DNA of 64,000 nt from Octopus sinensis (GCF_006345805.1 NC_043002.1:74338001-74402000); one strand, 5' to 3'. Shown: positions 14,611 to 28,827, numbered from the stretch's first letter. The notes: generated by a model from the letters alone, not told the origin. Made by a program: numbers and translations.

Positions 14611-14828
14611 GGTCTGATGGTGCTCTCGACAACTGAAGTCAGCCAAAAGTATTCAAAAAATTTGACGATCGCTATATCTATCGGCTGTCCTAAGTGTAGG
14701 TGGTGTCGGTCCCACCCGACATTTCATCGGTATTCCAACCAAATGATTACTCATCAGTACCGTTGTAAATCATGCGTTTCGTTCATCAAGAACGATCTCT
14801 CTCATCTCTCTCACTCTCAATCATCCCG

Positions 14829-14876
<48 letters not shown>

Positions 14877-14992
14877 TATATATATATATATGCATATATA
14901 TGTGTGTGAATGAGTGAGTGTATGTATATATATATATATATATACATACACACACACATATATATGCATATATATGTATGTATATATATATA

Positions 14993-15039
<47 letters not shown>

Positions 15040-15061
15040 CACACACACACACACACACACA

Positions 15062-17580
15062 CACTAACAGTCATCCAGGTGTATGCACCTACAACGGTTG
15101 CAGAGGGTGAGGTGAAAGACACCTATGAACAGCTGCAAACTGTAGTCGAGAATGTGCACAAACATGATATGGTTATAGTAACTGGAGATATGAATGCCAA
15201 GGTTGGAGCAAAAAAAAGGGGGGAATGAGAGAATAATGGGTAAATATGGAACAGGAATCATCAACAGTAATGGCGAAAGACTTATAGAATTCTGCGGGAT
15301 GAATGATCTCGTCATTACCAGAACTATATTTCCACAAAAGGACATTCACAAAAACACTTGGACCTCTCCAAATAAAAAACAATAATGAAATTGTTCACAC
15401 ACTCTTCAAATGTAAATGCCGCTCATCAATAGAAGACACCCGGGTCATGAGAGGCGCTGATGTTGCAAGTGGTCATCAGCTTGTAAGATCACAAGTGAAG
15501 TTGAAACTTCGAAAACACCTGTACAAGACACAGACTAACTCAAGAACAAAATATGACACTTGCAAACTACAAAATCAAACAATCAAAAGCAAGTTCATTA
15601 TGGAGATGAAGAATAAATTTACTTTGAGTGGGGCGATTCCAGAAGATATTGGCATAGAAGGGAAATGGAAAAACTTCGATAAAGCATTCAACCAGACAGC
15701 CGAAGAAGTACTTGGTGTAAAGAAAAAGAATCAAAAACTGTGGATAGGACCAGACTCTTGGAAAAAGGTTGTAGAGACAAAACACCTCAAAATTAAAATT
15801 GAGAATGCCAAGTCCATCAGAATTAAACAGCATATTCAAAAGGAATACAAATCCAAAGACAGAGATGTCAAATTAAGTATAAGATCAGACAAGCGTAAAT
15901 GGGTGGAGAACTTGGCAAACTATGCTGAAAGAGCAGTTAAGAATGGTCAAATGAAAACACTATACGAAATAACCAGAACGATATGTAAAGAAAAACCGCG
16001 TCAAGCATCAGGTGTTATCAAGAAGAAACAGGGTAAAATCATAACAGATGACAAGGGGGGAAAAGACAAGATGGAAAGAACATTTTGAAGAAGTATTAAA
16101 CAGAGACACCTCTCCCAATACAGTGGAAATTGAAAATATTGTAATTCCAGAGGTGGAGACCAGTGACACCAGCCCTGCAAGCAAAACAGAAATCAAGAAT
16201 GTAATCAGAAAATTTAAAAAATGGAAAGGCAGGAGGAGTTGACATGATAATGCCAGAGTTATTGAAGGCAGACTTTGAAACATCCACAGACAAACTGCAC
16301 AGTATCATAAATGATATTTGGGATCAAGAGAAAATACCTCATGACTGGAAGAAAGGACTGATTGTCAAGTTACCAAAGAAAGGAGATATATCTGAATGCG
16401 GAAACTGGGCGGGAATAACGCAGCTACCCAATAGCAAGTAAAGTGTTAGGAAGAATCATAATTAACAGGATCCAAAACGGTATTGATAAGAAGCTCAGAC
16501 CTGAACAAGCAGGCTTCCGCGAAGGTAAACAATACCACCGAACAAATATTCCCCTTGAGAAACATTATTGAACAGTGCTTAGAATGGCAATCTTCATTGT
16601 ATATAAACTTCATCGACTTCGAAAAAGCTTTCGATTCTGTTCGTAGAGACAGTTTATGGGAGATCATGAGGCAGTATGGCATACCAAGCAAAATTATCAA
16701 ACTAGTTAAATTAACGTACTAAGATGGTGAATGTGCAGTACTGGACGATGGTGAAATGACAGAATGGTTCCAAGTAAAGACAGGCATAAAACAAGGCTGT
16801 GTTATGTCTGGATTCTTGTTTCTACTCGTCATAGGCTGGGTGATGAAGAAGACCACCGTGAATAACATTTGCCATCTTAATTGGGATAAGATGGCAAATA
16901 ATGTCATGCCATGAAGACCTGGACTATGCTGACGATATTTCTTTACTGTCTTCCAGCCAATCGCAGATGCAACAGAAAGCCAACAAAATGTCAAGTCTTA
17001 CAAAGAGAATGGGATTAAAGATCAATGAGAAGACTAAGACCTTGCGATTGAACAACAAGAAGACTGACTCTATTCAAATAGATAAAAAGGACATTGAAGA
17101 CGTGGATGGATTCATCTATCTAGGTGCAATTGTCAATAAAGAAGGTGGTGGAGGGAAAGATATGATAAGCAGAATCAATAGAACCAGAAGTGCTTTTATC
17201 AAATTGGACAAAGTATGGTGATCAAAACAGTTTGGAAGGGATACAAAAATCAAACTCTACAAAACGCTGGTAAGACCTGTATTTCTTTATGGATGTGAAA
17301 CTTGGAAAATGAACAATAGTGATGAGAGAAACCAGAGTTTTATTCAGTACAAAGGCATAAAGAAAATAACGCAGATAGGGTAGCCAAACATCATATCGAT
17401 GGATGAACTCAACAAAATAACCCAAGTCCCCAGGATAAGCCAAGAAAAAGGAAACGATGGAATTCGATTGGATATGTATTGTGAAAGGAAGCTAATCATC
17501 ATTGCATGATTTCCTTGACTTGGCAACCTGAGGGGAAGAGAAACGATAGTAGACCAAAAACTACATGGAGAAGGATAGTG
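15062..17580 (+). pseudogene. RTE-clade LINE ORF (AP endonuclease plus RT) with frameshifts and stops
   Basis: APE motifs TVIQVYAPT and IVTGDMNAKVG. RT motifs QAGFR, FIDFEKAFDSV, GIKQGC and DLDYADDI. C-terminal RPKTTWRR. Confidence 0.92.
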
Positions 17581-18179
17581 GAAAAGCAAAGGAATCAAGC
17601 TGGATTGTCATCATGGAATGCAGTAAGAAAACCTTACTAAAGAGTTGTAATTTCTACAAAGAAAAAAAGAAAGTGATTTTCGTCATCATCAATGCAGTTT
17701 TGATTGCTGATAAAAATTCGAAAATCATCCAGGTGATTGGAAAGAATTTTGAAAGATCCCACAATGCCCACAAAACAAAGACGGGATTGACATGACGGGA
17801 ACACTTCTGATCGAGCTGAGAAAAGCTACTCGGGACTAAACTGAAGTTATACAACAACAAAAACAACAATATTAACAACTCGAAAGTGAATTTTCCGATG
17901 ACGTTCCAACAATGTATTGGCATACAGGACACGTGTCCTTGTCTACAGCAACGTAAACTGTAAACCGTTAGCAGATGCAAGAAAATGTAATGATATTTTG
18001 ACATCAATAATTAATGAATAATTGGTTGCTCTTCAGCTGTTATTCAAGTTATGTCTTGTTATTATTCACACACATACGCGCGCGCACACATGAATACAAG
18101 CACACACATATATATATGTATATGTACGTTCATACAAGCACATGTGACACGCACATATCCGTGCATAAAACATTTTTTT

Positions 18180-18550
18180 TTGTCTATCTTTGACTTGTTT
18201 CAGTCACTGGACTGCAGCCATACAAATCGACCTCAGTACTTATTTTAAACCCTGATATTATTTGATCGGTGTCTTTTGCCAAAACCACTCAGTTACGAGG
18301 ACGTAAACAAACTAATACCGGTTGTCAAGCGTTGGTGGAGGAAGAACACACACACACGCACGCACACATACACACACACACACACACGCATACATATTCG
18401 ATGGGCTTCCTTCAGTTTCCGTCTATCAAATCCACTCACAAGGCATTAGTCGACCCAGGACTCTAGTAGAAGTAACTTGCCTAAGTTGACGCGCAGTGGG
18501 ACTGAACCCAAGATCATATGGTTGGGAAGCAAGCTTCTCAACTGCACAAC
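18180..18550 (-). mobile_element. SINE family A, diverged
   Basis: Family A core and tail on the minus strand. Confidence 0.75.
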
Positions 18551-18602
18551 CTATAAAAGAATTGAGGTCTCATATGCACACACACACACACACACACACA
18601 CA

Positions 18603-18634
<32 letters not shown>

Positions 18635-19239
18635 GCACGCGGACAAATACACATGTAACTATATTCATACACACATATACACACACACACACAGAAAAAG
18701 TAATAATAGAATAGAAACTAACAACAGAGAACAACAACAGAAAACATAGCAAAGAAGTAGGACATGGAAAAACACGAACTCCGACAGAGAGGTCCACTTC
18801 TAGCTATTGTATGAAGATCCTTACACTTTCGGCACTTTAGTAACAATATTGTTAACTCCGCTATCCAAGTATTAAATAAGTTTATAGAGGGATGCTACCA
18901 AGATATGGTGCATTAATGAAACGATGAACAATATCAGGATGATAACAAAGGATAACGATAATTAGGATAACGGAAAATTATACAGGACAAATAATTAAGA
19001 CTATAGATTTAAAATAAAGGAAAGGGAAAATATATATATATATCAAGAAATGGTGGGGTTGTATAATTAAGACTATAGATTTAAAATAAAGGAAAGGGAA
19101 AATATATATATATATCAAGAAATGGTGGGGTTGTATTGACCGCACGTGGAGAAATGATAAGCAAGGAAAAATTGTAAAAAGGCAGAATGCTAAATTGAAA
19201 GAAAATTTTAATGAAAATGGGTGTATGGAAAAATTCTCT

Positions 19240-21276
19240 TCCTTAGAAATAAAGCACTGGACGATTTTTTTGCAAACACACCCAGAGTCTCCCCTTTACC
19301 CCAGGCAAAACCAAGGTAAAATCCAATTTCAGTAGGGAAGAATGGAAAAACCTACGTGACCTACAACTGGATAAAAACCTTACCATCAAAGAAGCCGACA
19401 AAGGGAGCGCTGTGGTCCTTATGGACATGGAGTTTTATAAACACCTAGTGCTTTCCATGCTAAACAACAACACTTTCTATGAGGTTATTAACAACTATAA
19501 ACAACAAAAAACAATCAAAAACCTCACCACACTCATACTCCAACACGGTCAGGGACTCACAGAAGAAGAAAGGGATTATATCACCAATTTCAAATGCAAG
19601 CCTAGCCGTTTTTATGGCCTTCCTAAAATCCATAAAAACAAATACATCACCGAAGCCTGCAAACTCTCCTCTGACATCCACATCAACATCAAAGCACCGG
19701 AGGACCTAAAACTAAGACCCATCGTGGCTGGCACCTCCTGTGAAACACACCGCCTGAGTAATTTCCTAGACATCCTTTTGAAACCTTTCCTTACCCACAT
19801 CAAAAGTTTCATTAGGGATGATCTGGACATGCTCAAACACCTCCCGAAAACAGTTAACGAGGAGGCGCTCCTGGTATCCTTTGATGTCATCAACCTCTAC
19901 ATCAACATCCCACATAAATATGGTATTGAGGCAATTGATTTCGGCTAGAAAAACACCCAGAGACATTCCCTGACCGCATTCACAAGACCTTTATTACGGA
20001 ATCACTCAAGTTCATTCTGACAAACAATTATTTCCTCTTCGACAACACACACTACCGTCAAAAATGTGGTATTGCGATGGGTACCAAGGCTGCACCAGTC
20101 CTTGCGAACCTCATAATGGGTTTCTTCGAACTATCACTCTATGAGATATCACGCCAGAAATTTGGACATGTTTTCCACACCTACCTAATGGAAAACTGGA
20201 AAAGGTATTTGGATGATTGTTTCATCATATGGAAAGAACCTTATGAAAAACTTCTGGAATCCAAAACCATACTGAACAATATACATCTCAACATCCAATT
20301 CACTATGGAATTAAGCAAACATCATCTCCCTTTCCTTGATCTCCTAATTATAAAAACACCTAAGAACCAAATCATAACAGACATCTACCACAAACCTACA
20401 GACTCACAACAATACCTCCTCTTTAGTTCATGCCACCCAAAACACACCAAGACAAATATCCCTTTCAACTTAGCTAAAAGGGTATGCACCATTGTCTCGG
20501 ATCCAAAAACTCGAGAAATACGCCTTCAAGACCTCAAAAAAACACTATTACAACGCCAATATCCCTCCACCCTTGTAGAGTATGGAATAAAACGCGCCAA
20601 AGAACTAGACAACATTACACTGAAAACCACCCAACCCAACACCACACACAACTCCAAAATACTTCCATACATTTCCACCCACAACCCCAAAAATATCGAA
20701 GCATACACCACAATCATACAAAACCTCAGTCTACTGTCAACAGACCCAAAAATGAAAAACATTATAAATACACACAAAATCCTCAAATGTAAAAGGCAAC
20801 ACAAACCTTTAAAAAAAATCTTGATAAATGCCAAACTTCACACACCACATCCACCCCCAGCAGTTAAAAAATGTGCACGCCCAAACTGTGGCACCTGCCC
20901 CTTCCTACTTGAAGGCTCTGAATTTATCTTCAAACAAGGAACGAAGTTTAAAATCAAGACCAACTTCTCCTGTTCCTCCGAGAATCTTATCTACGTTCTC
21001 ACATGCGCTGGTTGCCAACATAATTATGTTGGACAAACGAGCCTCCCGTTACGTAAAAGAGTAGCGGTGCATAAAAAACAAATAAATCTCCCGGAATACC
21101 GGCAAATCCCACTGAGTGACCACATAGACTCATGCGCTAAAGACAAAAATCCCAAATTCTACATATTCCCCTTCTACCAATTTAAAGACGGAATCACCAC
21201 ACAGGAGAGAATTAACAAGGAGAATCTCTTTATTGAAAAATTCAAAACGCATCTTAATATGCAAACTCCTCGTTGA
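19240..21276 (+). pseudogene. PLE RT-GIY-YIG polyprotein, 5'-truncated, frameshift near 19940
   Basis: TIKEADKG, FYGLPKIHK, LRPIVAG, LVSFDVINLY, GIAMGT, RYLDDCF, LPFLD, Cys linker CARPNCGTCP, LIYVLTCAGC..NYVGQT. Confidence 0.92.
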
Positions 21277-21948
21277 TCATACTTCTTTTTTCTACCTCAT
21301 TCTTCATGGATGGACTAACACAAATATATAAGGATACTATGCAATCATCACTTCAAGCTAAAACTTATATTCTTTAAATATCATTATTATTATTGTTGTT
21401 ATTATTATTATTATTTTTATTATATATGACATAACAATCTGAAATGTAATTATAAATTAGTTTATGCAAATTTATATAATTAGAAAACAATATAAATAAA
21501 GTGTTAAAATCTGAATGTTAAGTTAGCAAACAATTATATAAAAAAGATAATGCAAATGAGGCTAAAATGATAATTTTAGAATTTAAGGTTTATTAACACC
21601 CTTTATTACAAAAAATTGACAAACACAAATTGAAGAGCTTAAAACCCATAGAGTTGTCTCCCCTTATTCACAACACAGGAACTGGACTACTACTACTTCC
21701 TGTTTTGCCATTAAGAGACACCCTTAATTAAATTAAACAACACATGGATTTAATCCCATTGGATCTCAATACTTCAAGGTAATTTTTTCGTGAACAATCA
21801 TTAAACTCAAGATACACAAAGTCTTTACAATGTATCGGAGTACCTATTTTTTAATTTTTGTATATATTTATTATTATTTTTTTGCAAAAAACAATGTAAT
21901 TTTCTTTTTTCCCCCTCCTCAAATTAAAAAAAAAATTTTTTTCTTTAC

Positions 21949-21990
21949 AATTCTTGAAAAGTCACATTATGACGAAAACCGGTTTGAATT
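21949..21990 (+). ncRNA. Minimal hammerhead ribozyme motif with U3-A8 core
   Basis: Stem I AATTC/GAATT, core TTGAAAA, stem II GTCA-CATTA-TGAC, GAAA, palindromic AACCGGTT, U17. Confidence 0.75.
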
Positions 21991-22098
21991 AATATATATA
22001 TATATTTTATCAATTTTTCAAAAAAATTTTTCCGTACACCCATTTTCATTAAAATTTTCTTTCAATTTAGCATTCTGCCTTTTTACAATTTTTCCTTG

Positions 22099-22129
<31 letters not shown>

Positions 22130-22132
<3 letters not shown>

Positions 22133-22300
22133 GAGGGCACGCTGAAAAGTTCCTGACTTTGGGTAAAAAAAATATAGGAGAATAAGTTAATCATGATTTT
22201 ATTCAACATCTTGTCCTTGTATAGAAGTGTACGGCTGCTGCAGCGAAATTCATTTTTGGACTTTCTTCTATCGAAGGTATTTTAACAAAAATGCTTCCGT
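22130..22300. mobile_element. Mariner-type terminal fragment
   Basis: TACGAGGGCACGCTGAAAAGTT resembles a mariner TIR. Confidence 0.5.
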
Positions 22301-22675
22301 AAAGACGGTGAAAATATTGTCAATTTCCCCAAACTGGGACACAATTCAATTTTTAAACAATAACCAAAGCCCCTTCTCCGAAAGGGGGAGGGTTACGGTT
22401 TACAATTATTTAACAAATGCAACACAACAACGTTTCCCTTACGAGGAACCAACAAACGTGATTACAATAGTCAAACAGTAATAATAATAACAACAAAGCT
22501 TTTTAATTTATCCCCATTTATGTGAAACCACTTATTCAAGTTTAAGTCATTGATGCAATTTTATACGAATTGCTAATACACACACACATAATAAGGGTGA
22601 AAAACTGAATATTATTTTGATTAATATGAATTGAAAACCAGTGGTGTAGCATATAAGACCATAGCGGATCTTCTT

Positions 22676-23006
22676 CTAGCAAAATGGATGACCACTGTTA
22701 ATGGTCCATCCCTGTTATATAATACTTTCACTTTAATAGTTTCAGTATTAAAGTGAAAGTGTCTGCATTACAATAGAGAGATGTTTTTGTTTCACTTTTA
22801 ACATGTAATACTGAAATAGTGGAGAAGATATGATATTGCCGTGGGGTCGCCCTAGGCAAAAAGTTAAGATTTTTTTGCCGATGATACTCCCCGAACCTTA
22901 AGTAAGGCATGTGTAAATTTGAATGATATTGGTTGTGTAATTCTCAAGTTTTAGGGAAACACACAGACAGACAGACAGACATTCTTAGTTTTTATATATA
23001 GAGAGA
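22676..23006 (-). mobile_element. Non-autonomous Helitron
   Basis: On the minus strand it starts A^TCTCTCTATATATAAAA followed by (GTCT)n, and ends with an imperfect hairpin (22684-22709) just before CTAG. Confidence 0.65.
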
Positions 23007-23019
23007 TAACTATATGTTG

Positions 23020-23252
23020 TTGTTTTTTTACTACCCACAAGGGGCTAAATACAGAAAGGGCAAACAAGGACAGACAAACGGATTAAGTCGATTATATCGA
23101 CCCCAATGCGTAACTGGTACTTAATTTATCGACCCCGAAAGGATGAAAGGCAAAGTCGACCTCGGCGGAATTTGAACTCAGAACGTAACGGCAGACGAAA
23201 TACGGCTACGCATTTCGCCCGGCGCGCTAAGGTTTCTGCCAGCTCGCCGCCT
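23020..23252 (-). mobile_element. SINE family B, young-looking copy
   Basis: Nearly identical to the copies at 33887-34353. Confidence 0.85.
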
Positions 23253-23277
23253 TATATGCATATAACTATATATGTAA

Positions 23278-23344
<67 letters not shown>

Positions 23345-23960
23345 CACGTGCGTGCGTGCGTGCGTGTGCGTCCGTCTGAGTTTACTGCTTTTGATTCAGC
23401 CAGTTTCGAACGAATTACTTTTAAACATGAAATACTCCATTTTGCTGAAAGATATCCGAATCCGAGACATTTCAATCCCTTTTTGAAAACATACTTTTAA
23501 AGAAAGAGAAGATAGGGTTTTCGATATTCAAGATCTCCGGCGCTCTTTCGTTGTTGTATGCCATCAATTCCCCTGCATGGGTTCAAATCAAAGTCTGAAA
23601 GACGTACATAAAATTTCACAATAGTAGTTTTCGCAAAGGCATTAGCAAGAACAAGTGAACAGAAACTATTACACTCGAGAATTTGTTACAAACCAAGTTT
23701 GTTATGATCTTAACTTTATTCCCTGACGACCACGCGTTCAGCATCAAAAATAAACACACAGTAACAGAATACTGAACCGAGAAATGCGAAGAACAAAGCC
23801 AGATATCATGAAACATCCATTCTCATTCGGCTCTCTATCATTTTACAATTTCTTGGCCATTTTCTTTTCTAAATTGCCGATAGAAAACAATCTTTCGATT
23901 ATATGCCATGCAAACAATTTGCTTACGAAGAAAAATAAAATACATTATTCTCTATGCCAG

Positions 23961-24003
<43 letters not shown>

Positions 24004-24324
24004 TAAGCTTTTTCTAGTTAACTATCATCACTAAGCCAGTCATAAAGCTGTGATAGAAGTAAGCTCAACTGAGTTCGTCAAAGCAATTTCACGGTAAATT
24101 AGTTTAAGCATTAGAAAGTTTCACGGTCTGTTAAGATTATATTTAGGGGGAATATGGCTTCACTCTTCAAGCGTGTACTAAAGGATTTCACACAATGAAC
24201 GAGGGGTTGTTTTATGATCTGCTTTGTTTTCAATTTAGGCAGATATTAATCCGCCATAATGCGTCTTTATTCGATTGTAAAAGTGTCATTCGAAGAGGGA
24301 TGCAAAAGCTTGCTAGCAGACAAT

Positions 24325-24605
24325 ACAATATTAGAAATAGCAGCCAAATCTCCCGAGTCAAAAGCAGTAAAGCTTTTATGCGTTCACTAAATAAGAAGTC
24401 TCTATGTGGTCACTTGAATTGCTAAAAATAGCTGCCAAATTTCCCTCAAAATCATATAGTAGTGTCTCAAAAAGGAAAAGATACATTGGATAATGTGATT
24501 GTAAATGTAATACATCTAAAAATAAGATGGGATGGTCATAGCCGGAATGCTTTTGATCATATGTTTCCTCGATCAGGGCTGACAAGTGATTAAACACGAC
24601 GAACA
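24325..24605 (+). mobile_element. Interspersed repeat family C (other copies at about 9300-9440 and 28862-29045)
   Basis: Shared AATAGCAGCCAAAT(C/T)TCCCTCAAATCA and GATGGTCATAGCCGGAATGC..TGATCA..CTCGATCAGGGCTGAC, with an (AAC)n tail. Confidence 0.65.
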
Positions 24606-24884
24606 ACAATAACAGCCCCATCACCTTCAACAGTTAGCAAAATAAACTTCTAGGTTAGTGCTTCTCACTTTTTTTTGTCCCACACCCCACTTTCATTAAT
24701 AAAAAGAAGTGCGCCTCATCATAAACAGAGTTAGTATCTAGCGTGTATCTCATAGCAGAAACAGCTGTAAGCCAATGAAATTCATTGCATTAATTTCCTG
24801 TTCCTTAGCCAATTATTTGATTTCATATTACGCTTTGTACTCGACTAACGCTTTATTCTGAAGTATATGTATAAGTTCTAACAT

Positions 24885-24919
<35 letters not shown>

Positions 24920-24979
24920 CAATTGTTCGTTTGTCTTCCACCTGCCTTCGTCTTTTGTTTATTTTCATAAAGCTTCCCG

Positions 24980-25018
<39 letters not shown>

Positions 25019-25024
25019 CACTCT

Positions 25025-25462
25025 TTTAATCTTTTATTCCAGCCATGCTGGATCACTGCCTTAAGGGGTTTTAGTCGAACAAATCGGCTCCAGAACTTAT
25101 TCTTTGTAAGTCTAGTACTTATTCTAACGGCGTCTTTTGCCGAACCGCGAAGTTATGGGGACGTAAACACACCAACATCGGCTGTCAAGCGATGGCGGGG
25201 GGGGGCGACAAACACAGACACAAAGACACACACAAAGTATATATATACATACATATACGTGTGTGTGTATGTGTGTGTGCGTGCGTGTATGTATGTATTT
25301 ATATGACAGGCTTCTTTCAGTTTCCGTCTACCAAATCCACTCAAGCGCTTTGGTCGGCCCGAGGCTATTGTAGAAGACACTTACCCAAGGTGCTACGCAG
25401 TGGGTCTGAACCCGAAACCATATGGTTTAGAAGCAAACTTCTCACCACACAGCCACGCCTAT
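25025..25462 (-). mobile_element. SINE family A
   Basis: Full family A layout on the minus strand. Confidence 0.85.
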
Positions 25463-25601
25463 ATACGTATATTTCAACAAAGTTTTAATCAAAATTTTAT
25501 GGCAAGATAATCCACTTGTTAATGATACTCCATTCTGAAATAGCCCACACCACTCCAGTAGGGCGTGCGCCCCACTTTGAGAAGCACTGTTTGCTTTAGG
25601 T

Positions 25602-25830
25602 CAGTCTTTCTCAACCATTTTTACCTATGGACCCCTTTGATTCCTATTTTACTCAGGTGCACCATCCTAGCCATTCGCTGTTAGAAAATCCTATCCTGTT
25701 ATATTTCTATGATTAGATATCATTAGGATCTATATAAAAAAAATTGTTCAAATACTTTATGTATTATAGAAGTATAACCAGTTTATTGCAGTTAAATTTT
25801 GACAAAATTTATATGGACCCAACCCACCCA
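25602..25830. mobile_element. hAT-like MITE remnant; a right-TIR-like end of another copy lies at about 25570-25589
   Basis: CAGTCTTTCTCAACCA start, homologous to 3571-3803. CCCCACTTTGAGAAGCACTG lies just upstream. Confidence 0.5.
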
Positions 25831-28069
25831 CAGCCCTCGGTGGTCAATCGATTCGCTAGATAGATATAAGAGCACAGAACTGATTGCTCATCCACTTAAA
25901 CTCCTTAGTTCAGGGTTGAGCCGAGAAATTAATTAGTCGTCCGAAGGTAATAAAATCTAGGAATATTAACTACCCGTTCTCTTCACCGCAAACGTGCAAA
26001 AGAAACTAAAAGTTCTTTGTACACGTAGACATTATTGTTGAGTAGAAAAATGTTCTTGCTCTTTAAACTCACGTCTCTCTTATATGCGTCATTTATCTGC
26101 GCTGTCACCGAAGTAAAGCTTGATTTTTTTTCTATATAATCAATCAGCTAATCATGGAAATAAATTGTCAGTCTGTTTAAGTTAGTAATTCGTGTCATTC
26201 TATAAACTATGTGCTGTAACTTGGGTTACATGTTAAACCCTCCTCTAGTGTCAATACATGTCGTGAGTTTTAGCTATTCGTGGTATACTGGGAATAACGG
26301 CAAGAAGATCGATAAGAAGGTATCGATTATTATAGTAAACCGTTTGGAGTTCGGATCTTAATTACATGAAGTTGGTTTTAAGAATAGAAACTCCAGTGAT
26401 GTCCGATTAAATCAGACGCCTTAAAAACAATTTGGTACAAGTCCAGCAGTTTTAGGGGCGAGGACTAGTCGATTATATCAACCGCGGTGTTCGTGTTCAA
26501 CTGGTACTTATTTTATTGACCCCAAAAAGATGGAAGCAAAAATTGGCTTTAGTGAAATTTGAACTCAGTGTGTAAAGAGCCGGTAAAAAACCCACAAAGC
26601 GTTTTTGTCTCTCTCTCCCTAACGATTCTGCCAGCTTACAACCTTAGCAAAGAAGTCCTAAAAATAACGAATAGAGAATAAAATAGAAACTTTACTAAAT
26701 CAGGATCTTTTTTTAAACTTCCTATGTTTCTTGTCCTTATAATTTACATGAAGTTAAAGTTTATTTGTAAGTATTTTAAGGCTGTGAATAGAACTTAGAA
26801 TGTAAAAAGACATTTGGCACTAAGTATCATAGAAAAAAACTGTTGAAAACCGCAAAGAATATATATTGCAACAGCTAAAATGGAAACGCGTCTAATCAGA
26901 AAACTTATTAAAATTTTCGGCAAGATCTTTCCATTGAGTAAACTGCAAATTTTAGTATTTCACCGAGCATTGTTGATCGTAGAAAATTACTAAGTGATGA
27001 TTAATTAATTTTAAAAAATAAACAAACTCTTGTCCAATGTTTTTATTTGATGACTTAGCTATCATTGCACGATATGTTCATGGAGATTCTATTTATGAGA
27101 TATTAAGAAGTTGCCTCAAAACACGCCAGGAAAAGACAAAAGTGACTGTATTGTTTTGTGAGAGACAGATTTGTCAGAAGTACCGCAAATCTAGGCCGAA
27201 CTTAGACTGTTGGTCACCTTTTTATTTCATCCTATAGATTGATTAATTTAATTTTTTGGCAAGATCTTTCTGTTGAATAAGCTGCAAGTTTTAGTATTGG
27301 TGGGTTTATTACAGAAGCTTTTGTGAAATGGAAACCACTTCCATTTGATGACTTTCATAATAAGGACGCTATTACAAAGCCTAAGAATGAGTTAGGCTTT
27401 AAAGATTTCAAAGGTGAAATGAAAGTTATGACGAAGTCAAATTGATAGCCGAAAGGGTTTCACCTAAACAAGAATTTAATTTGCTTTTAAATGGAGTTGA
27501 ATCAGTTTCAAATGATTTCCAAATTTAAAACAGTGTACAGTAGGGTGTGTTACCTTTTTAAGTGAAATTATATTATTTTTAGGTATGAAAAGCATGGAGC
27601 CGTGTTTTCGTCAGTTAAATGATGTTGCTTGCCTCAGTAGAATTTTACATTGCATCTGAATGAACTTAATATTAAATTGCAAAGTTTCGGTAAATTGACG
27701 TGATACATGGCTCAACCCAGAATTTTTAGGACAAACACAACATACTAAGTAAATATTTCCTGTATTTACCAAAAGTGAATAACTTTTTTTAAAGAAACCG
27801 GCTGCAAGAATCTTGAACAACATGTTAAACGGTTTATAAAAGTTCTAAGGGCCGTGACTGATCAGTTTTCTTCATGTTTTTTTTTTTAATTACGAAAGGA
27901 AAAATATAAATATATAGAAAAAATAAGTCATTTGTCTAGAAGCATTTCCCTAAAGCCAAAACACATAGTGTGCATGTAAATGACACTTTTTTTATGCGCC
28001 CTTTTCAAGCCTAGCCAGGCTCATGGGCCCTGTTTCCAGGTTTCTGTGGCGTTTCAGTCCATCGCAGCG

Positions 28070-28272
28070 TTACTCAAGAAACAGGAAGAAAGAGTGAGAG
28101 AAAGTTGGGGCGAAAGAGTACAACAGGGGTCGCCACTACCCCTGCTGGAGCCTCATGGAGCTTTTAGGTGTTTTCGCTCAATAAACACACACAACGCCCG
28201 GTCTGGGAATCGAAACCGCGATCCTCCGACCGCGAGTCCGCTACCCTAACCACCGGGTCATTGCACCTCCGC
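28070..28272 (-). mobile_element. tRNA-derived SINE, family D, 5' part
   Basis: Homologous to 61200-61403, with a tRNA-like head carrying A and B boxes. Confidence 0.8.
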
Positions 28273-28794
28273 AAATGACACTTAGATAAACGATATCATT
28301 AAGAAAATTAAAATTATGACGTTATGTATGTGTGCATACTCTTTAGATAATACACTGAACCCAGTGGCGTAACTAGCGCAGCCCTTGAGTTTGCACACCC
28401 CGGGGGCATAAGCCCCTATAGGCTTATACAGTTGACCCAAAAGTGCTGCTACCATAAAAGCGTAGCCCGAGGTAGATCCCCCAGTTCCTCCCAGCTATGT
28501 TACAGCTGAACCCCAACATAAAAGCCCTCATGAGTCTCTTACTCCCAGCCTGGTCTGACACAAGTTTGTATCGCCATGTAGTTACTTATTATATAGAGTG
28601 TTTTATAACTATAGCATGCATTATATTTGTAATTCACAAGGTCTCAGCGGACGTGTTGTACAGTACTATGGTGGCCATGACAAGGAGAGCCTGGAAATCT
28701 CTCGGGGGTGATAACAATCTAAAAGAAGTGATATTCTAACCTCGGTTATGTCTAATACACTTTCGCCTCTGCGAGTCCTAGTTATTTGCATTTA

Positions 28795-28827
28795 AAACGT
28801 GTCCTATTTTTATGAAACACCCTGTAC
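28795..28827 (-). mobile_element. Isolated Tc1/mariner-like TIR
   Basis: The reverse complement reads TACAGGGTGTTTCATAAAAATAGGACAC. Confidence 0.35.

Larger units (their letters stand above)
19160..22100 (+). mobile_element. Penelope-like element 1 (Neptune-like), 5'-truncated, with an inverted pLTR end at its 5' junction
   Basis: RT and GIY-YIG ORF. 19160-19235 is the reverse complement (one mismatch) of 22025-22100. The 3' end abuts (TA)n. Confidence 0.92.

Noticed and set aside
24700-24780. GAAACAGCTGTAAG, as in the 55.5 kb hammerhead
   Set aside because: No recognisable CUGANGA core or stem I partner upstream.
28362-28508. CAGTGGCGTAACTAG...CTATGTTACAGCTG as a hAT MITE
   Set aside because: The TIRs match poorly and the TSD assignment is ambiguous.
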